NCBI GenBank assembly: GCA_963665095.1
Contig: OY762069.1
Coordinates: 1,856,001-1,920,000 of the forward strand
Length of the DNA: 64,000 nucleotides
Reading direction: 5' to 3'
Source of the DNA: an uncultured Desulfobacter sp.
GTDB lineage: Bacteria > Desulfobacterota > Desulfobacteria > Desulfobacterales > Desulfobacteraceae
Shown here: positions 40,011-50,379 of the stretch, one piece after another
Layout of the letters: each line of letters begins with the position of its first letter
Position numbering within the stretch: position 1 is the stretch's first letter
Notes under the pieces: generated by a model
Seen by the model: the letters and a program-made list of their open reading frames with translations, nothing else
Told to the model about the DNA's origin: nothing
The model's database searches: none
Translations under genes and position numbers: made by a program

Positions 40011-40931
40011 ATGGCCCACGCCATTCTCATTGTTGATGATGACATTGCGATCAAGGAATCTGTCGAAGAATATCTCACACTGATGGATTACAACGTCAGA
40101 AGTGCAGAAAATGCTGCACAGGCTTTGGAGATTCTCAAAGTGTTCCAGCCAGATGTGGTGCTGACTGATATCATGATGCATGGCATGGACGGCCTTGAGT
40201 TGACCCGCCTGATTAAGGCAGAGCTCGACGTGGATGTCATGGTCATGACCGGGTATTCTGCAGATTATTCCTATGAAGAGGCCATTAATGCCGGGGCCAG
40301 TGATTTTATTTTCAAGCCCTTCCGGTTTGAGGAACTTGACTTACGAATCAAGCGGATGCTCAGAGAGGCTGCTTTTAAACGGGAACGGGATAAGCTGCTG
40401 GAGAAGATGAAACAGCTGGCCATCACAGACGGACTCACCGGGCTTTACAATTCCCGGCACTTTTTCCACGAACTCAAACAGGAAGTTAAGAGGTTTCAGC
40501 GATACTCCCGAGCATTATCTCTTCTTATCCTGGATATCGACTTTTTTAAAAAATACAATGACTCCTGGGGACACCTGGAAGGGGACAAGGTGCTGATGAG
40601 CATGGGTATGCTCATATCCTCCTGCCTGCGCAGTATGGATACAGCCTATCGATACGGTGGAGAAGAATTCGCGGTTCTGTTACCGGAAACTCATATAGAT
40701 GATGCCTGCCTTGTCGGCAATCGCATCAGGGAAAGTATTACAAAAGCCGTCTTTACACCGGACAAAGGTGTAAAGACTTCTGTGACCGTGAGTATTGGTG
40801 CCGGAGAACTGCAGAAGGGTGAAGATTTTTCATCATTTATTAAACGCACGGACAAGGCGTTATACCTCTCAAAGGAGAATGGCCGTAACCGGCTCACGGC
40901 AGCGCCCCTGAAGCCATCCCCATTACCATAA
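40011..40931 (+). CDS. Response-regulator diguanylate cyclase (REC-GGDEF)
   Basis: Receiver domain; DGLTGLYN, DIDFFK, I-site RSMD and intact YGGEEF active site. Confidence 0.94.
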   Translation: MAHAILIVDDDIAIKESVEEYLTLMDYNVRSAENAAQALEILKVFQPDVVLTDIMMHGMDGLELTRLIKAELDVDVMVMTGYSADYSYEEAINAGASDFIFKPFRFEELDLRIKRMLREAAFKRERDKLLEKMKQLAITDGLTGLYNSRHFFHELKQEVKRFQRYSRALSLLILDIDFFKKYNDSWGHLEGDKVLMSMGMLISSCLRSMDTAYRYGGEEFAVLLPETHIDDACLVGNRIRESITKAVFTPDKGVKTSVTVSIGAGELQKGEDFSSFIKRTDKALYLSKENGRNRLTAAPLKPSPLP

Positions 40932-40988
40932 TCGCATTCTTACTCATCTTTCAGGTCAAAGCGTTCCCGCCCTGCAAAAGATATCCGA

Positions 40989-41831
40989 TTACTCTGTTCC
41001 TTCATCCGGAGAAATACGCATGCTTAAATCCACGGATACCGCATGATGCGTTAATGCGCCGCAGGAGATAATATCCACACCGGTTTTGGCAATGGCGTGT
41101 AATGTATCGAGGGACACATTGCCCGAGGCTTCCACCACCGCTTTTTTTCCAATGACATTCACTGCCTGGGCCATGGCATCAAGCCCCATATTATCAAGCA
41201 TAATCACATCTGCTCCGGCATCTAATGCCTGCTGCACCTGGGCCAGATCTGACACCTCCACTTCAATTTTCATTAAATGCGGGGTGCGATCCCGGACCAT
41301 GGAGACAGCCTTTTTGATTGAGCCGGCCGCTGCGATGTGATTATCCTTTATCAGAATACCGTCGTACAGGGCAAACCGGTGATTAAAGCCCCCCCCTGCC
41401 CTGACTGCATCTTTTTCAAGTTTTCTCCATCCGGGCGTGGTTTTGCGGGTGTCCACCAGCCTGACGCCGGAAGTATTCAGGGTATGCACAAATTGCCGGG
41501 TCAGGGTGGCAATCCCGGACAGGCGCTGCAAAAAATTCAAGGCCACGCGTTCGGCCACCAGCATGGATCTGGTATCACCGTCAATGGAGACAATGACATC
41601 ACCCTTCTGGATGCTGTCGCCGTCGCTGAAGTGCAAAAGGGTTTCCATTGCCGGATCAACAGTATGAAAAACCTGCCTGGCCACGCTCAGACCTGCCACT
41701 ATGCAGTCCTGTTTTGCAATGATCTTACCCTTTCCCTTTTGAGGATGGGGCAAAATACTTTGCGTGGTAATATCCCCTAAGCCTGTATCTTCAAACAGAG
41801 CCAGCCTGATTATCTGATCAACCAGATCCAT
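40989..41831 (-). CDS. nadC: Nicotinate-nucleotide pyrophosphorylase (quinolinate phosphoribosyltransferase)
   Basis: ERVALN, DTRKTTPG, LIKDNH, IEVEV, IMLDN and EASG motifs. Confidence 0.97.
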   Translation of the reverse strand: MDLVDQIIRLALFEDTGLGDITTQSILPHPQKGKGKIIAKQDCIVAGLSVARQVFHTVDPAMETLLHFSDGDSIQKGDVIVSIDGDTRSMLVAERVALNFLQRLSGIATLTRQFVHTLNTSGVRLVDTRKTTPGWRKLEKDAVRAGGGFNHRFALYDGILIKDNHIAAAGSIKKAVSMVRDRTPHLMKIEVEVSDLAQVQQALDAGADVIMLDNMGLDAMAQAVNVIGKKAVVEASGNVSLDTLHAIAKTGVDIISCGALTHHAVSVDLSMRISPDEGTE

Positions 41832-41855
41832 TGTGTTTATCCTTTGATACCGCCA

Positions 41856-44528
41856 TTACTGTTGTTGTTTCAAATTTTGAATACGTTCAAGGTTGGCAGT
41901 TATTTTATCCTGTTTTTCCTTCAACTCCTCATGCTGGGCTTTGACCTTTTCAATGACGTCTTCAGGTGCCTTGTCAAGAAAACTGTCATTATTCAGGCGT
42001 TTTTGAATGCTGGTCAGCTCCTTGGTATTTTTCTGCAACTCTTTGTCAAGACGGCTGATCTCTTTGTCAAAATCAATCACACCTTCCAGACAGACAAAAC
42101 AGGTGGTGGCCCCGGTAACCGTTGTGGCGGCAGAGTCAGGATACTTGTCTGCATCACAGAAAAACAGGCTTTCAAGCGTTGCCAGATTGGCAATAATCGA
42201 TTTATTCTCTGCAATCATCAGCTTTTCAGATTCATCTGCTGTTGCCGCCAGAACCTTCACTTTTGTAGACGGCTGAATATTCATTTCAGACCGAATATTA
42301 CGGATACCTGAAATCAGGGAGAACAAAAATTCCATCTCCTTTTCACAGGCAGGGTCTGCGAATTTATTATAATTGTCTTCACTGAAAGGAAATGCGGCTT
42401 TAAGTACCGACCCGGTTGTAGCCGGCAAAATCTGGTAAATTTCCTCAGTAACAAATGGCATAAAAGGATGCAGCATGATTACCGTATCCTCAATTACGCT
42501 GGCCAGAACACCCCTGGCAGCATCTCTTCGGTCAGCACCAAGTTTTTCATACAGAGCCGGCTTGGCAGCCTCAAGATACCAGTCGCAGAATTCATGCCAT
42601 ACAAACTGGTACACAGCAGATGCCGCCTCATTGAACCGGTACTCTTCAATTCCCTGCTTTACTGCATTTGCCGTCTGGGTGCACCTGGACAGAATCCAGC
42701 GGTCCACCAGGGTCAGGTCAAGATCATCGGTCAGGCGGTCTTTTTCTGTAATGTGCATCAGGGTAAAGCGGGCCGCATTCCACAGTTTATTCACAAAATT
42801 GCGGTAGCCTTCCACCCTGGATTCAGACATTTTCACATCCCTGCCCTGGGCGGCAAAGGCTGCTAAAGTAAAGCGGAATGCATCGGCTCCGTACTCATCA
42901 ATCACTTTAAGCGGATCTATAACATTCCCCTTGGATTTGGACATTTTTTTCCCGTGTTCATCCCGGACCAGGGCATGGATGTAGACATCCTTAAATGGAA
43001 TCTCATCATCCATGAAGTGGATACCCATCATCATCATCCGGGCCACCCAGAAAAACAGAATGTCAAATCCGGTAACAAGGACATTGGTGGGATAAAATGT
43101 TTTTAGTAAATCTGTGTTTTCTGGCCACCCCATGGTGGAAAAGGGCCAGAGTGCCGAAGAAAACCAGGTGTCCAGCACATCAGTTTCCTGGACGATATTT
43201 TTAGAGCCGCACTGGGGGCAGATATCCGGGTCAGTTTCTTCCACAATAACAGCCTTGCACTCAGGACATTTCCAGACAGGAATACGGTGTCCCCACCAGA
43301 TCTGGCGGGAAATACACCAGTCACGGATATTGTCCATCCATTCAAAATAGGTCTTGCTCCAGTTTTCAGGAATAATCCGGGTCCTGCCCGTGCGCACGGC
43401 GTCAGCAGCTTTTTGCGCCAGGGGTCCGACTTTTACAAACCATTGCTTAGAAATTGAAGGTTCCACGTCAGTGTGGCAGCGATAACAGTTCCCCACACTG
43501 TGCTTTAACGGCTCTTTTTTCTCAAGCAGACCCATCTCCTCCAGGGCCTCCACACAACTTTTACGGCACTCAAACCGGTCCATGCCCGCAAAACGCCCTG
43601 CCCCCTCCATCATGGCACCAGAATCATCAATAACTTTTAATTTTTTCAGGCCATGTTTTTCGCCAAGGTGGAAATCATTGGGGTCGTGGGCCGGGGTCAC
43701 TTTCAGGGCACCGGTACCAAATCCGGTATCCACATACTCGTCCCGGATAATGGGTATCGTACGGTCCGTAAGCGGCAGCTGAACTTCTGTTTCCAAAAGA
43801 TCTTTAAATCTTTCATCATCGGGATTCACCGCAACAGCCGTATCGCCGAACATGGTTTCCGGCCGGGTGGTGGCAACGGTTAGCCCCTTTTTATGTCCTC
43901 CTTTAAAAGGATAACGGATATAATAAAGGTACCCGTCTTTTTCTTCATATTCTACTTCAAGGTCGGCCAGAGCTGTCTTACACCTGGGGCACCAGTTGAT
44001 AATGTACTGATCTTCATAAATAAGGCCTTCTTTATACAGCCGGACAAAAACCTTACGTACAGCTTCAGACAGGCCTTCATCCATGGTAAAACGTTCCCTG
44101 TCCCAGTCACAGGAAGCACCAAGGCGTTTGAGCTGATTGATGATGGCACCACCGGATTTCTCCCTCCAGCGCCACACCTCTTCGATAAATGCCTCACGGC
44201 CCACTTCATCCCTTGTTTTTCCTTCTGCGGCAAGCTTACGCTCCACAACATTCTGAGTGGCAATTCCGGCATGATCAGTGCCCGGCATCCAAAGGACATT
44301 CTGCCCCAAAAGCCTTCTGTATCTGCACATGATGTCCTGGATAACATTATTCAGGGCATGTCCCATGTGGAGAACACCTGTGACATTAGGCGGCGGGATA
44401 ACGATGGAAAACGGCTCTTTGTCGCTTGTATCCTCTGCTTTAAAAAATCCGTTTTCCAACCAGAATGAATACCATTTTTCTTCTATCTCTTTTGGTGAAT
44501 ATCCTTTGTCCAGAGTATCCGAACACAT
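41856..44528 (-). CDS. valS: Valine--tRNA ligase
   Basis: PPPNVTGVLHMGH, DWCISRQIWWGH, KMSKS and C-terminal coiled coil. Start at MCSDTL (44528) after GAGGAG. Confidence 0.99.
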   Translation of the reverse strand: MCSDTLDKGYSPKEIEEKWYSFWLENGFFKAEDTSDKEPFSIVIPPPNVTGVLHMGHALNNVIQDIMCRYRRLLGQNVLWMPGTDHAGIATQNVVERKLAAEGKTRDEVGREAFIEEVWRWREKSGGAIINQLKRLGASCDWDRERFTMDEGLSEAVRKVFVRLYKEGLIYEDQYIINWCPRCKTALADLEVEYEEKDGYLYYIRYPFKGGHKKGLTVATTRPETMFGDTAVAVNPDDERFKDLLETEVQLPLTDRTIPIIRDEYVDTGFGTGALKVTPAHDPNDFHLGEKHGLKKLKVIDDSGAMMEGAGRFAGMDRFECRKSCVEALEEMGLLEKKEPLKHSVGNCYRCHTDVEPSISKQWFVKVGPLAQKAADAVRTGRTRIIPENWSKTYFEWMDNIRDWCISRQIWWGHRIPVWKCPECKAVIVEETDPDICPQCGSKNIVQETDVLDTWFSSALWPFSTMGWPENTDLLKTFYPTNVLVTGFDILFFWVARMMMMGIHFMDDEIPFKDVYIHALVRDEHGKKMSKSKGNVIDPLKVIDEYGADAFRFTLAAFAAQGRDVKMSESRVEGYRNFVNKLWNAARFTLMHITEKDRLTDDLDLTLVDRWILSRCTQTANAVKQGIEEYRFNEAASAVYQFVWHEFCDWYLEAAKPALYEKLGADRRDAARGVLASVIEDTVIMLHPFMPFVTEEIYQILPATTGSVLKAAFPFSEDNYNKFADPACEKEMEFLFSLISGIRNIRSEMNIQPSTKVKVLAATADESEKLMIAENKSIIANLATLESLFFCDADKYPDSAATTVTGATTCFVCLEGVIDFDKEISRLDKELQKNTKELTSIQKRLNNDSFLDKAPEDVIEKVKAQHEELKEKQDKITANLERIQNLKQQQ

Positions 44529-44719
44529 AATTCTACTCCTCAAACCCTGTTTTATGTTATGAAAACCTTCCTGCGTATGGACGCTTCCATGTCCCGGCAG
44601 TGGATATCCTGGATTTTTCAATCCCCTTTAGTCCCCTGCCTTGAATTAAAAAGGGGATTGAATCAATCCCCGCACGGTTTTAAAAATTTTTTTAAGCCAA
44701 GTCAATCGTTTAATCAGGT

Positions 44720-45088
44720 TTAGCCGATATCATCAAGATCTTTTTTAAGTCCTGCTTTTATATCTTCAATCTCACGTTTAATAACTCTTTCCATGACCTC
44801 AAAAAGAATTTTTTCAATGGTTTCTGAAAATTTTTTTTCAATAATTTTCTCAAGCACAGCCTCGAATGTTTCCCGGTCCAAAGACGGAGACGCCGGTTCC
44901 TTCTCCGGAAGGGGTGAAACCGGTTCTTCCATGATGCTCTCTTCCGGTATTGACGAAGCGTCAGGAATAGTTTCTTCTGGATCCGGGGCCACTTGTGTGA
45001 GTTCAATTATTTCCTGGTCTTCCTGCGATGAATCTTCCGTGACCACATCGGTCAGTTCAATAATATCATCATCATAATCGTGAACCAT
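44720..45088 (-). CDS. Small acidic, Pro/Glu-rich protein with a C-terminal amphipathic helix (PopZ/RomR-C-like)
   Basis: IIELT motif twice, disordered P/E/D linker, helix IEKILFEVMERVIKREIE; directly upstream of valS; GAGG RBS. Confidence 0.75.
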   Translation of the reverse strand: MVHDYDDDIIELTDVVTEDSSQEDQEIIELTQVAPDPEETIPDASSIPEESIMEEPVSPLPEKEPASPSLDRETFEAVLEKIIEKKFSETIEKILFEVMERVIKREIEDIKAGLKKDLDDIG

Positions 45089-45347
45089 AAAATCCTCACT
45101 TTATCCTTATTTTAAGGTGCTTGGCAGTAATTTACGAGATTAAAAAAGTATCAGAGCAGGTGCCGGGTGTCAATCGTTTTGAAACAAACCTGCGCAAAAG
45201 GAACTAAATATGGTATCTGAATTTATGGATGAGATTTCCTAATGAATTTTTATTATGATCCGCAAACTATCCTAATGGAGTTAAAATATTTTTTCTTAGT
45301 TCATTTTTGCTGTACAAAATTACTTTAACATTAAAGGAGTGTTATCC

Positions 45348-46787
45348 ATGTCTTTTCACAAACAGTTTAAAACTTTCTGGGTTGCGGCTCTGATACTTGT
45401 TTTCCTGAGCGCACCGGCCCTGGCTGGTCAGCCGAAATATGTCTTTTATTTTATCGGTGACGGTCTTGGCGCAGCCCAGCGCCAGTTCAGTGAATTTTTC
45501 ATCCAGGAAAAAGACGCAAATCCCAACGAACACCTGCTCATGAATACCTTTGAAACAGCCGGTATCAATACAACCTATTGTGCGGATACCCTGATTACCG
45601 ATTCCGCAGCTGCGGCAACTGCTCTGGCTTCAGGCGTTAAAACCAATAAGGGCGTTATAGGGAAAAATGTTCAGGGAAAAAATGTTAAAACCCTGACTGA
45701 AGCGGCCATGGAACATGGTATGAAAACAGGGCTTATCACCACCACCCGGCTGACCCATGCTACGCCGGCTGCATTTGCCGCCCATAATGTTTCCCGGAAC
45801 AATGAAAATGAAATTGCCGATGATTTCCTTGCTTCCGGTGTGGACTTTTTCGCAGGCGGTGGCATCCGCCACTTCATACCTGCATCCATGAAAATTGAAA
45901 AGGGTGATGCCATTGGTAAAACTATCAAATCCAAACGTAAAGATGAAAAAGATCTGGTCAAAGGATTTGAGGACAAGGGCTATACCACTTTTATCGGTAT
46001 GAAAGGGGCGAAGTCATTCAATACCACTGATTTTTCCAAAAAAGACAAGGTGTTTGCCGCGTTCACCTATACCCACATGCCCTATGAAATTGAACGGATG
46101 AACCAGTACAAGGAGGTACCAAGTATTGCATCTATGACAAAAGCAGCCGTTGATGTCCTGTCCAAAGGCAGCAAAGGCTTTTTCCTCATGGTTGAAGGCG
46201 GACGTATTGACCATGCGGCCCATGCAAACGATCCAACCGGTGTCATCTGGGACACCATTGCTTTTGATGATGCCGTAAAAACGGCTTATGATTTCTATAA
46301 AAATCATAAGGACCAGACCCTGATTGTCATTGTTGGGGACCATGAAACCGGCGGCATGGGGTTGGGTATGGACAGTATGGGATATAAACTGAATATGGCT
46401 GCACTGAACAATGTACAGGTCTCCGTGGAAGACACCCTTGCATACGGGGCTGGTGAATACAAGGGAGACAAGGCGGCATACCTCGATTTTCTGTCAAAAA
46501 ATTTCGGCCTGAACAATCTTTCGGATGCTGAAACGCAACGTCTGAACAAAGCCATGGCCTCATCAGATGCTGGTGAAACTTCCGGTTATTATAAACTGAA
46601 TCCGGCAGCATTGACCGCAGCGCACCTTCTGTCCACCAGAGCAAACATTAACTGGACCACCACCATTCACACCGCCACAATGATTCCCATGTCTGCCACT
46701 GGCGTGAATGCAGCTCAGTTCGGAGGCTATAAGGACAACACCCAGATTGCCAGAACCATGGCTGACACCCTTGGATTGTCTTTGTAA
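45348..46787 (+). CDS. phoA: Alkaline phosphatase (PhoA family), exported
   Basis: Signal peptide (…ALA-GQP); IGDG, TDSAAAATA (catalytic Ser), THATPA, VEGGRIDHAAH and DHETGG motifs. Confidence 0.93.
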   Translation: MSFHKQFKTFWVAALILVFLSAPALAGQPKYVFYFIGDGLGAAQRQFSEFFIQEKDANPNEHLLMNTFETAGINTTYCADTLITDSAAAATALASGVKTNKGVIGKNVQGKNVKTLTEAAMEHGMKTGLITTTRLTHATPAAFAAHNVSRNNENEIADDFLASGVDFFAGGGIRHFIPASMKIEKGDAIGKTIKSKRKDEKDLVKGFEDKGYTTFIGMKGAKSFNTTDFSKKDKVFAAFTYTHMPYEIERMNQYKEVPSIASMTKAAVDVLSKGSKGFFLMVEGGRIDHAAHANDPTGVIWDTIAFDDAVKTAYDFYKNHKDQTLIVIVGDHETGGMGLGMDSMGYKLNMAALNNVQVSVEDTLAYGAGEYKGDKAAYLDFLSKNFGLNNLSDAETQRLNKAMASSDAGETSGYYKLNPAALTAAHLLSTRANINWTTTIHTATMIPMSATGVNAAQFGGYKDNTQIARTMADTLGLSL

Positions 46788-46823
46788 ACCCTTGACGCAT
46801 CAATAGGTTAAGTTAGCTTAAAA

Positions 46824-46861
46824 AAAAACGCGGCCTGTTGCTTTCTACAGGCCGCGTTTTT
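46824..46861 (+). terminator. Intrinsic terminator after the alkaline phosphatase gene
   Basis: AAAACGCGGCCTGT…ACAGGCCGCGTTTT inverted repeat. Confidence 0.75.
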
Positions 46862-46873
46862 ATACTTACTTTT

Positions 46874-47998
46874 ATGAAAAATTCCTTTGTATTATCTACA
46901 GCAGGGTTGTTGGTTATTCTTGCCGCCATGTACCTGTATTTTCAGGCGCGGGAACCTGCCATGGACCCCATGACCCTGGAAGCCCGGGCAAGGGTGACAG
47001 CGACGGATGACTCCGAAGTCCATTCATCCGGTTTGTCCCATATCGGATTCCAAACCCTTGAAATTGAAATTTTAGACACCCGGTTCAAAGGCGTAAAGAC
47101 CGAAGCAAAAAACAGCCTGAACGGGCAGGTTGATCTTGAAAACCTTTACAGGGTGAAGGATACGATCATTGCAGCCATCATCATGGACGAAAACGGAAAT
47201 ATTGAGCATGTCAAGGCTGTTGATCTGTACCGACAGAACAGCCTTTTGCACATGTTCATCCTTTTTACCGCGGCGCTGCTAATTTATGCCGGTACGATCG
47301 GTATAAAAGCGCTGCTCTCATTTTTGCTGTCCATTTTTATTATCTGGGAAATTTTAATCACCCAGATCCTTAACGGCCGGCCGCCTTTGCCAATGACGAT
47401 TCTGACCCTGATACTTCTTTCCGGTATTATTATTTTCATGGTGGCCGGGCTCAACCGCAAAGGCATTACCGCTTTTTTAGGCACCATCTCAGGACTTGCC
47501 GTGACGTTGCTGGCCACGCTTTTTTTCGGGAAAGAGGCAGGGCTCTTGGGTATGACCCAGCCCTATGTGAATGCACTTATCTTTTCAGGATACTATGACC
47601 TGGATATCCGACAAATTTTTTATTCAGCCATTGTGCTTGGGGCTTCAGGAGCTGCCATGGACATTGCCATGGATATTGCCGCCTCCATGGATGAAATCAG
47701 AATAAAAAAACCCGATATATCTGCCAGAGATCTGGTGCGATCAGGGCTCACTGTGGGCAGACAGGTCATTGGCACCATGACCACCACTCTGCTTTTAGCC
47801 TATTCCGGGGGCTACCTGACCCTGCTGATGATTTTCAGGGTTAAAGATCCCAGCTTCATGCGCATGATTAACCTGAAAATTGTAGCAGCCGAAATCATGC
47901 GAACCCTTATCGGCAGTATCGGCCTGGTGATGGTCGCCCCCATCACCGCTCTGCTTGGCGGGATGATAATTGCCGGCATGACGAAAAGAGAACACTGA
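46874..47998 (+). CDS. YibE/F-family membrane protein
   Basis: Multiple TM segments; GAAMDIAMDIA and G…VIGTMTTTLLLAYSG motifs. Start uncertain (46838 or 46874). Confidence 0.88.
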   Translation: MKNSFVLSTAGLLVILAAMYLYFQAREPAMDPMTLEARARVTATDDSEVHSSGLSHIGFQTLEIEILDTRFKGVKTEAKNSLNGQVDLENLYRVKDTIIAAIIMDENGNIEHVKAVDLYRQNSLLHMFILFTAALLIYAGTIGIKALLSFLLSIFIIWEILITQILNGRPPLPMTILTLILLSGIIIFMVAGLNRKGITAFLGTISGLAVTLLATLFFGKEAGLLGMTQPYVNALIFSGYYDLDIRQIFYSAIVLGASGAAMDIAMDIAASMDEIRIKKPDISARDLVRSGLTVGRQVIGTMTTTLLLAYSGGYLTLLMIFRVKDPSFMRMINLKIVAAEIMRTLIGSIGLVMVAPITALLGGMIIAGMTKREH

Positions 47999-48094
47999 TC
48001 CCCAACAGGTTGTTGCAACATTCGAAACAACAAACAATTCACACCACCGTGGTAACAATGTCTTTTCTGCAAGGTTTGTTTGTTTGAAGCGGAT

Positions 48095-49361
48095 CTAACG
48101 CGTCAGAGCAAGAACCAGGCTGAAGACATCCTGTCTTTGATCATACTCCAGCATCTGTTCAGAGTAGCCGGAAGTGTAACGGGCATACAGATAAACATCC
48201 ATCAGGTTACCCAAAAAAGGAATCTGATCCAGGGGGTAGGAAAGATCAAACTGAACAGTGGCTCCTTTCTTTCCATGCCGGTAATGGCTGGTTAGTGCCA
48301 GTCCCTGCGGATTACCAATGCCTGTTACCAGATCAAAATATCCCCGGTAATCGGCAAGGTCGCCATTACTTCCCTCATTATTATTTACATAGACCCAGAT
48401 CCTTGGACTCACTGCCAACATCAGTCCTGGAGTTAATTTAAAAACAAATGCCGGTTGAAAATAGATATAGTTGGTACTTCTTGAGTCATCTCCGCCCTGT
48501 CCGTTGGACTCATGCTGATACCCGAAGATGAATCCGGACCCTATCAGAAATGGCAGTTTCAATCCCAGATCATCTTCATAATAAAATAGTTCGGGCATAT
48601 ACCGCGAATCTTCAAAAGGGCGGAATCAGATTTTAAGTCCCAGAAAGACTGTTGTGTATAAGCCAGATAAATTTTCTCAAAGGCCTTTTTTAAAAAATTA
48701 TTTTCATTGAAGGTGAACAGCTTGTATTTAAAGGATAGTTGAAATGTTGATTCCTGGATGCCCGGATCCATACCAAAAAGAAAATAGACCGGCTTATAAC
48801 TTGAAAAATTAACAAAATAGGGCTGAAAAATGGATTTATATCTGCTGAAAGACTTGGGAGTAGGCGATGAAAGACTGTCCAAAGTTTCCCTGGGAAGGTC
48901 TGTATATACCCTGACAGCATTGGTCTTTTTAAGGCTATCCTGAATTTTGACAAGCCCTTTAAGTCCAGCCGAAACAGCTACTGTATAGTCCGCCCGGGTA
49001 AAACCCCGGGGCTTGACCCAATCCACTGCCTTAGCTTCCAGCACAGCCACAGCTGTAAAAACTTTCGCTTCCTGCGTGCTAAAACTCAAGGATACAGACC
49101 CGGGTAATGGTTAAGCCTTTTCAGTATCATTGGTAAACAATAGGCAGGTCTGAGTTTGCCGTTCTGAACACAACGGCTTTTCTGGGGATGACTCCGGCGC
49201 AATCAGCACAAACGGACAGGTTTCATTAAAACGACCCGTTGATGTTTTTGCCCATAAAGGTGCTGTCCAGATCACCCCCCCCCTGAATACACAAGTAAAA
49301 CAACTGTCAGACCTCGTGTTATCAATCTCTTTTTCCAGACAAGACTGTATACAGGATTCAT
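48095..49361 (-). pseudogene. pldA: Outer-membrane phospholipase A (OMPLA/PldA-like), disrupted
   Basis: FQLSFK, YLAYTQQSFW and catalytic HESNG are split across frames. Lesions: G9-tract frameshift at 49275-49283, in-frame TAA at 49111-49113, 1-nt deletion near 48618-48620. Confidence 0.85.
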
Positions 49362-49419
49362 ATGTTTGCGCGATACTTCAGGTCACTACTGTTTTAAAAT
49401 GAACTCATATACTTTCACA

Positions 49420-49977
49420 TTATTCATTATCATTTTTTTTCATATACTTCTCAACGATTGGACCATCTTTACGCCATGCCCAGCATGTATCTATCAGGTA
49501 TTCTTCCATGTTGAATTCAAAATTTACGGTTCTGTCTTTTTCTCTTGCTTCGCAGATCCAATACCCCTGAAGTGCTGCTGGTGCCATAGATAAAAGTAGC
49601 GTTGTTAAATGAACACATCCTTTTATCCCACCTGCAATCTTTTTAACTTTTGATGTAAAGCCTGGCGCAATAACAAGGCCCTTTATTCCAACAAGGCTGT
49701 TTTCCATTTCTTTGCACACACCTTCGATAGGAGCACCCGGAATTTTTGCTTTGATATCCACAATTCTCAATTCAGAAATCTTAACCAGCATTTGAATTTG
49801 CATGTGATGAAAGACATGCGGTTCATATACTTCACCGTTCTTTTCATAAGTCGTTACCAAACTCTTTTCTTTAAACTCGCCGGTTATTAATATATGCTCT
49901 GCATCAAATACATAACTGGATATATCAATATTTCGATTGTGTATTTTCTCAAGCTTATCTGTTTTTTTAAATTCCAT
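49420..49977 (-). CDS. DUF2889-family protein
   Basis: IHNRNID, HHMQI, VC…L.GL.I..GF and GGIKGCVHLTTLL…DTCWAW pattern. Confidence 0.8.
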   Translation of the reverse strand: MEFKKTDKLEKIHNRNIDISSYVFDAEHILITGEFKEKSLVTTYEKNGEVYEPHVFHHMQIQMLVKISELRIVDIKAKIPGAPIEGVCKEMENSLVGIKGLVIAPGFTSKVKKIAGGIKGCVHLTTLLLSMAPAALQGYWICEAREKDRTVNFEFNMEEYLIDTCWAWRKDGPIVEKYMKKNDNE

Positions 49978-50173
49978 ATCTTGCTGGTCTCCGCGTTATT
50001 ATCTTCAGGATTGTCTGTGAATAAAACTTAGATAGTACCATTCTGGCCCAGCGTCAACTCCCCTATTATTTCCCCTATCATTCCGTTGTACAATACGTAT
50101 GACAAATGAGAAATATGATTTTCAGGCCCCGGAAAAAGAAAAAGCCGCTGAATAATCAGCAGCTTGTTTGAGG

Positions 50174-50260
<87 letters not shown>

Positions 50261-50379
50261 ACAGACCCAATCGCCTTATTGGCAAGCCATTTAAAGATTG
50301 CGTAAAAGCGATGGTTGGGATATATATATTTGTTTGTGGTGTTTGTCAATACTATTTTGTTTGTATTTTAAAGGACGAC

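Noticed and set aside
44529..44720. T-box or Val leader peptide upstream of valS
   Set aside because: No T-box consensus and no Val-rich short ORF were seen.
49111..49113. Stop-codon recoding (Sec/Pyl) in the phospholipase gene or elsewhere
   Set aside because: The internal stop is TAA and is accompanied by frameshifts. No other recognisable gene appears truncated at TGA or TAG.
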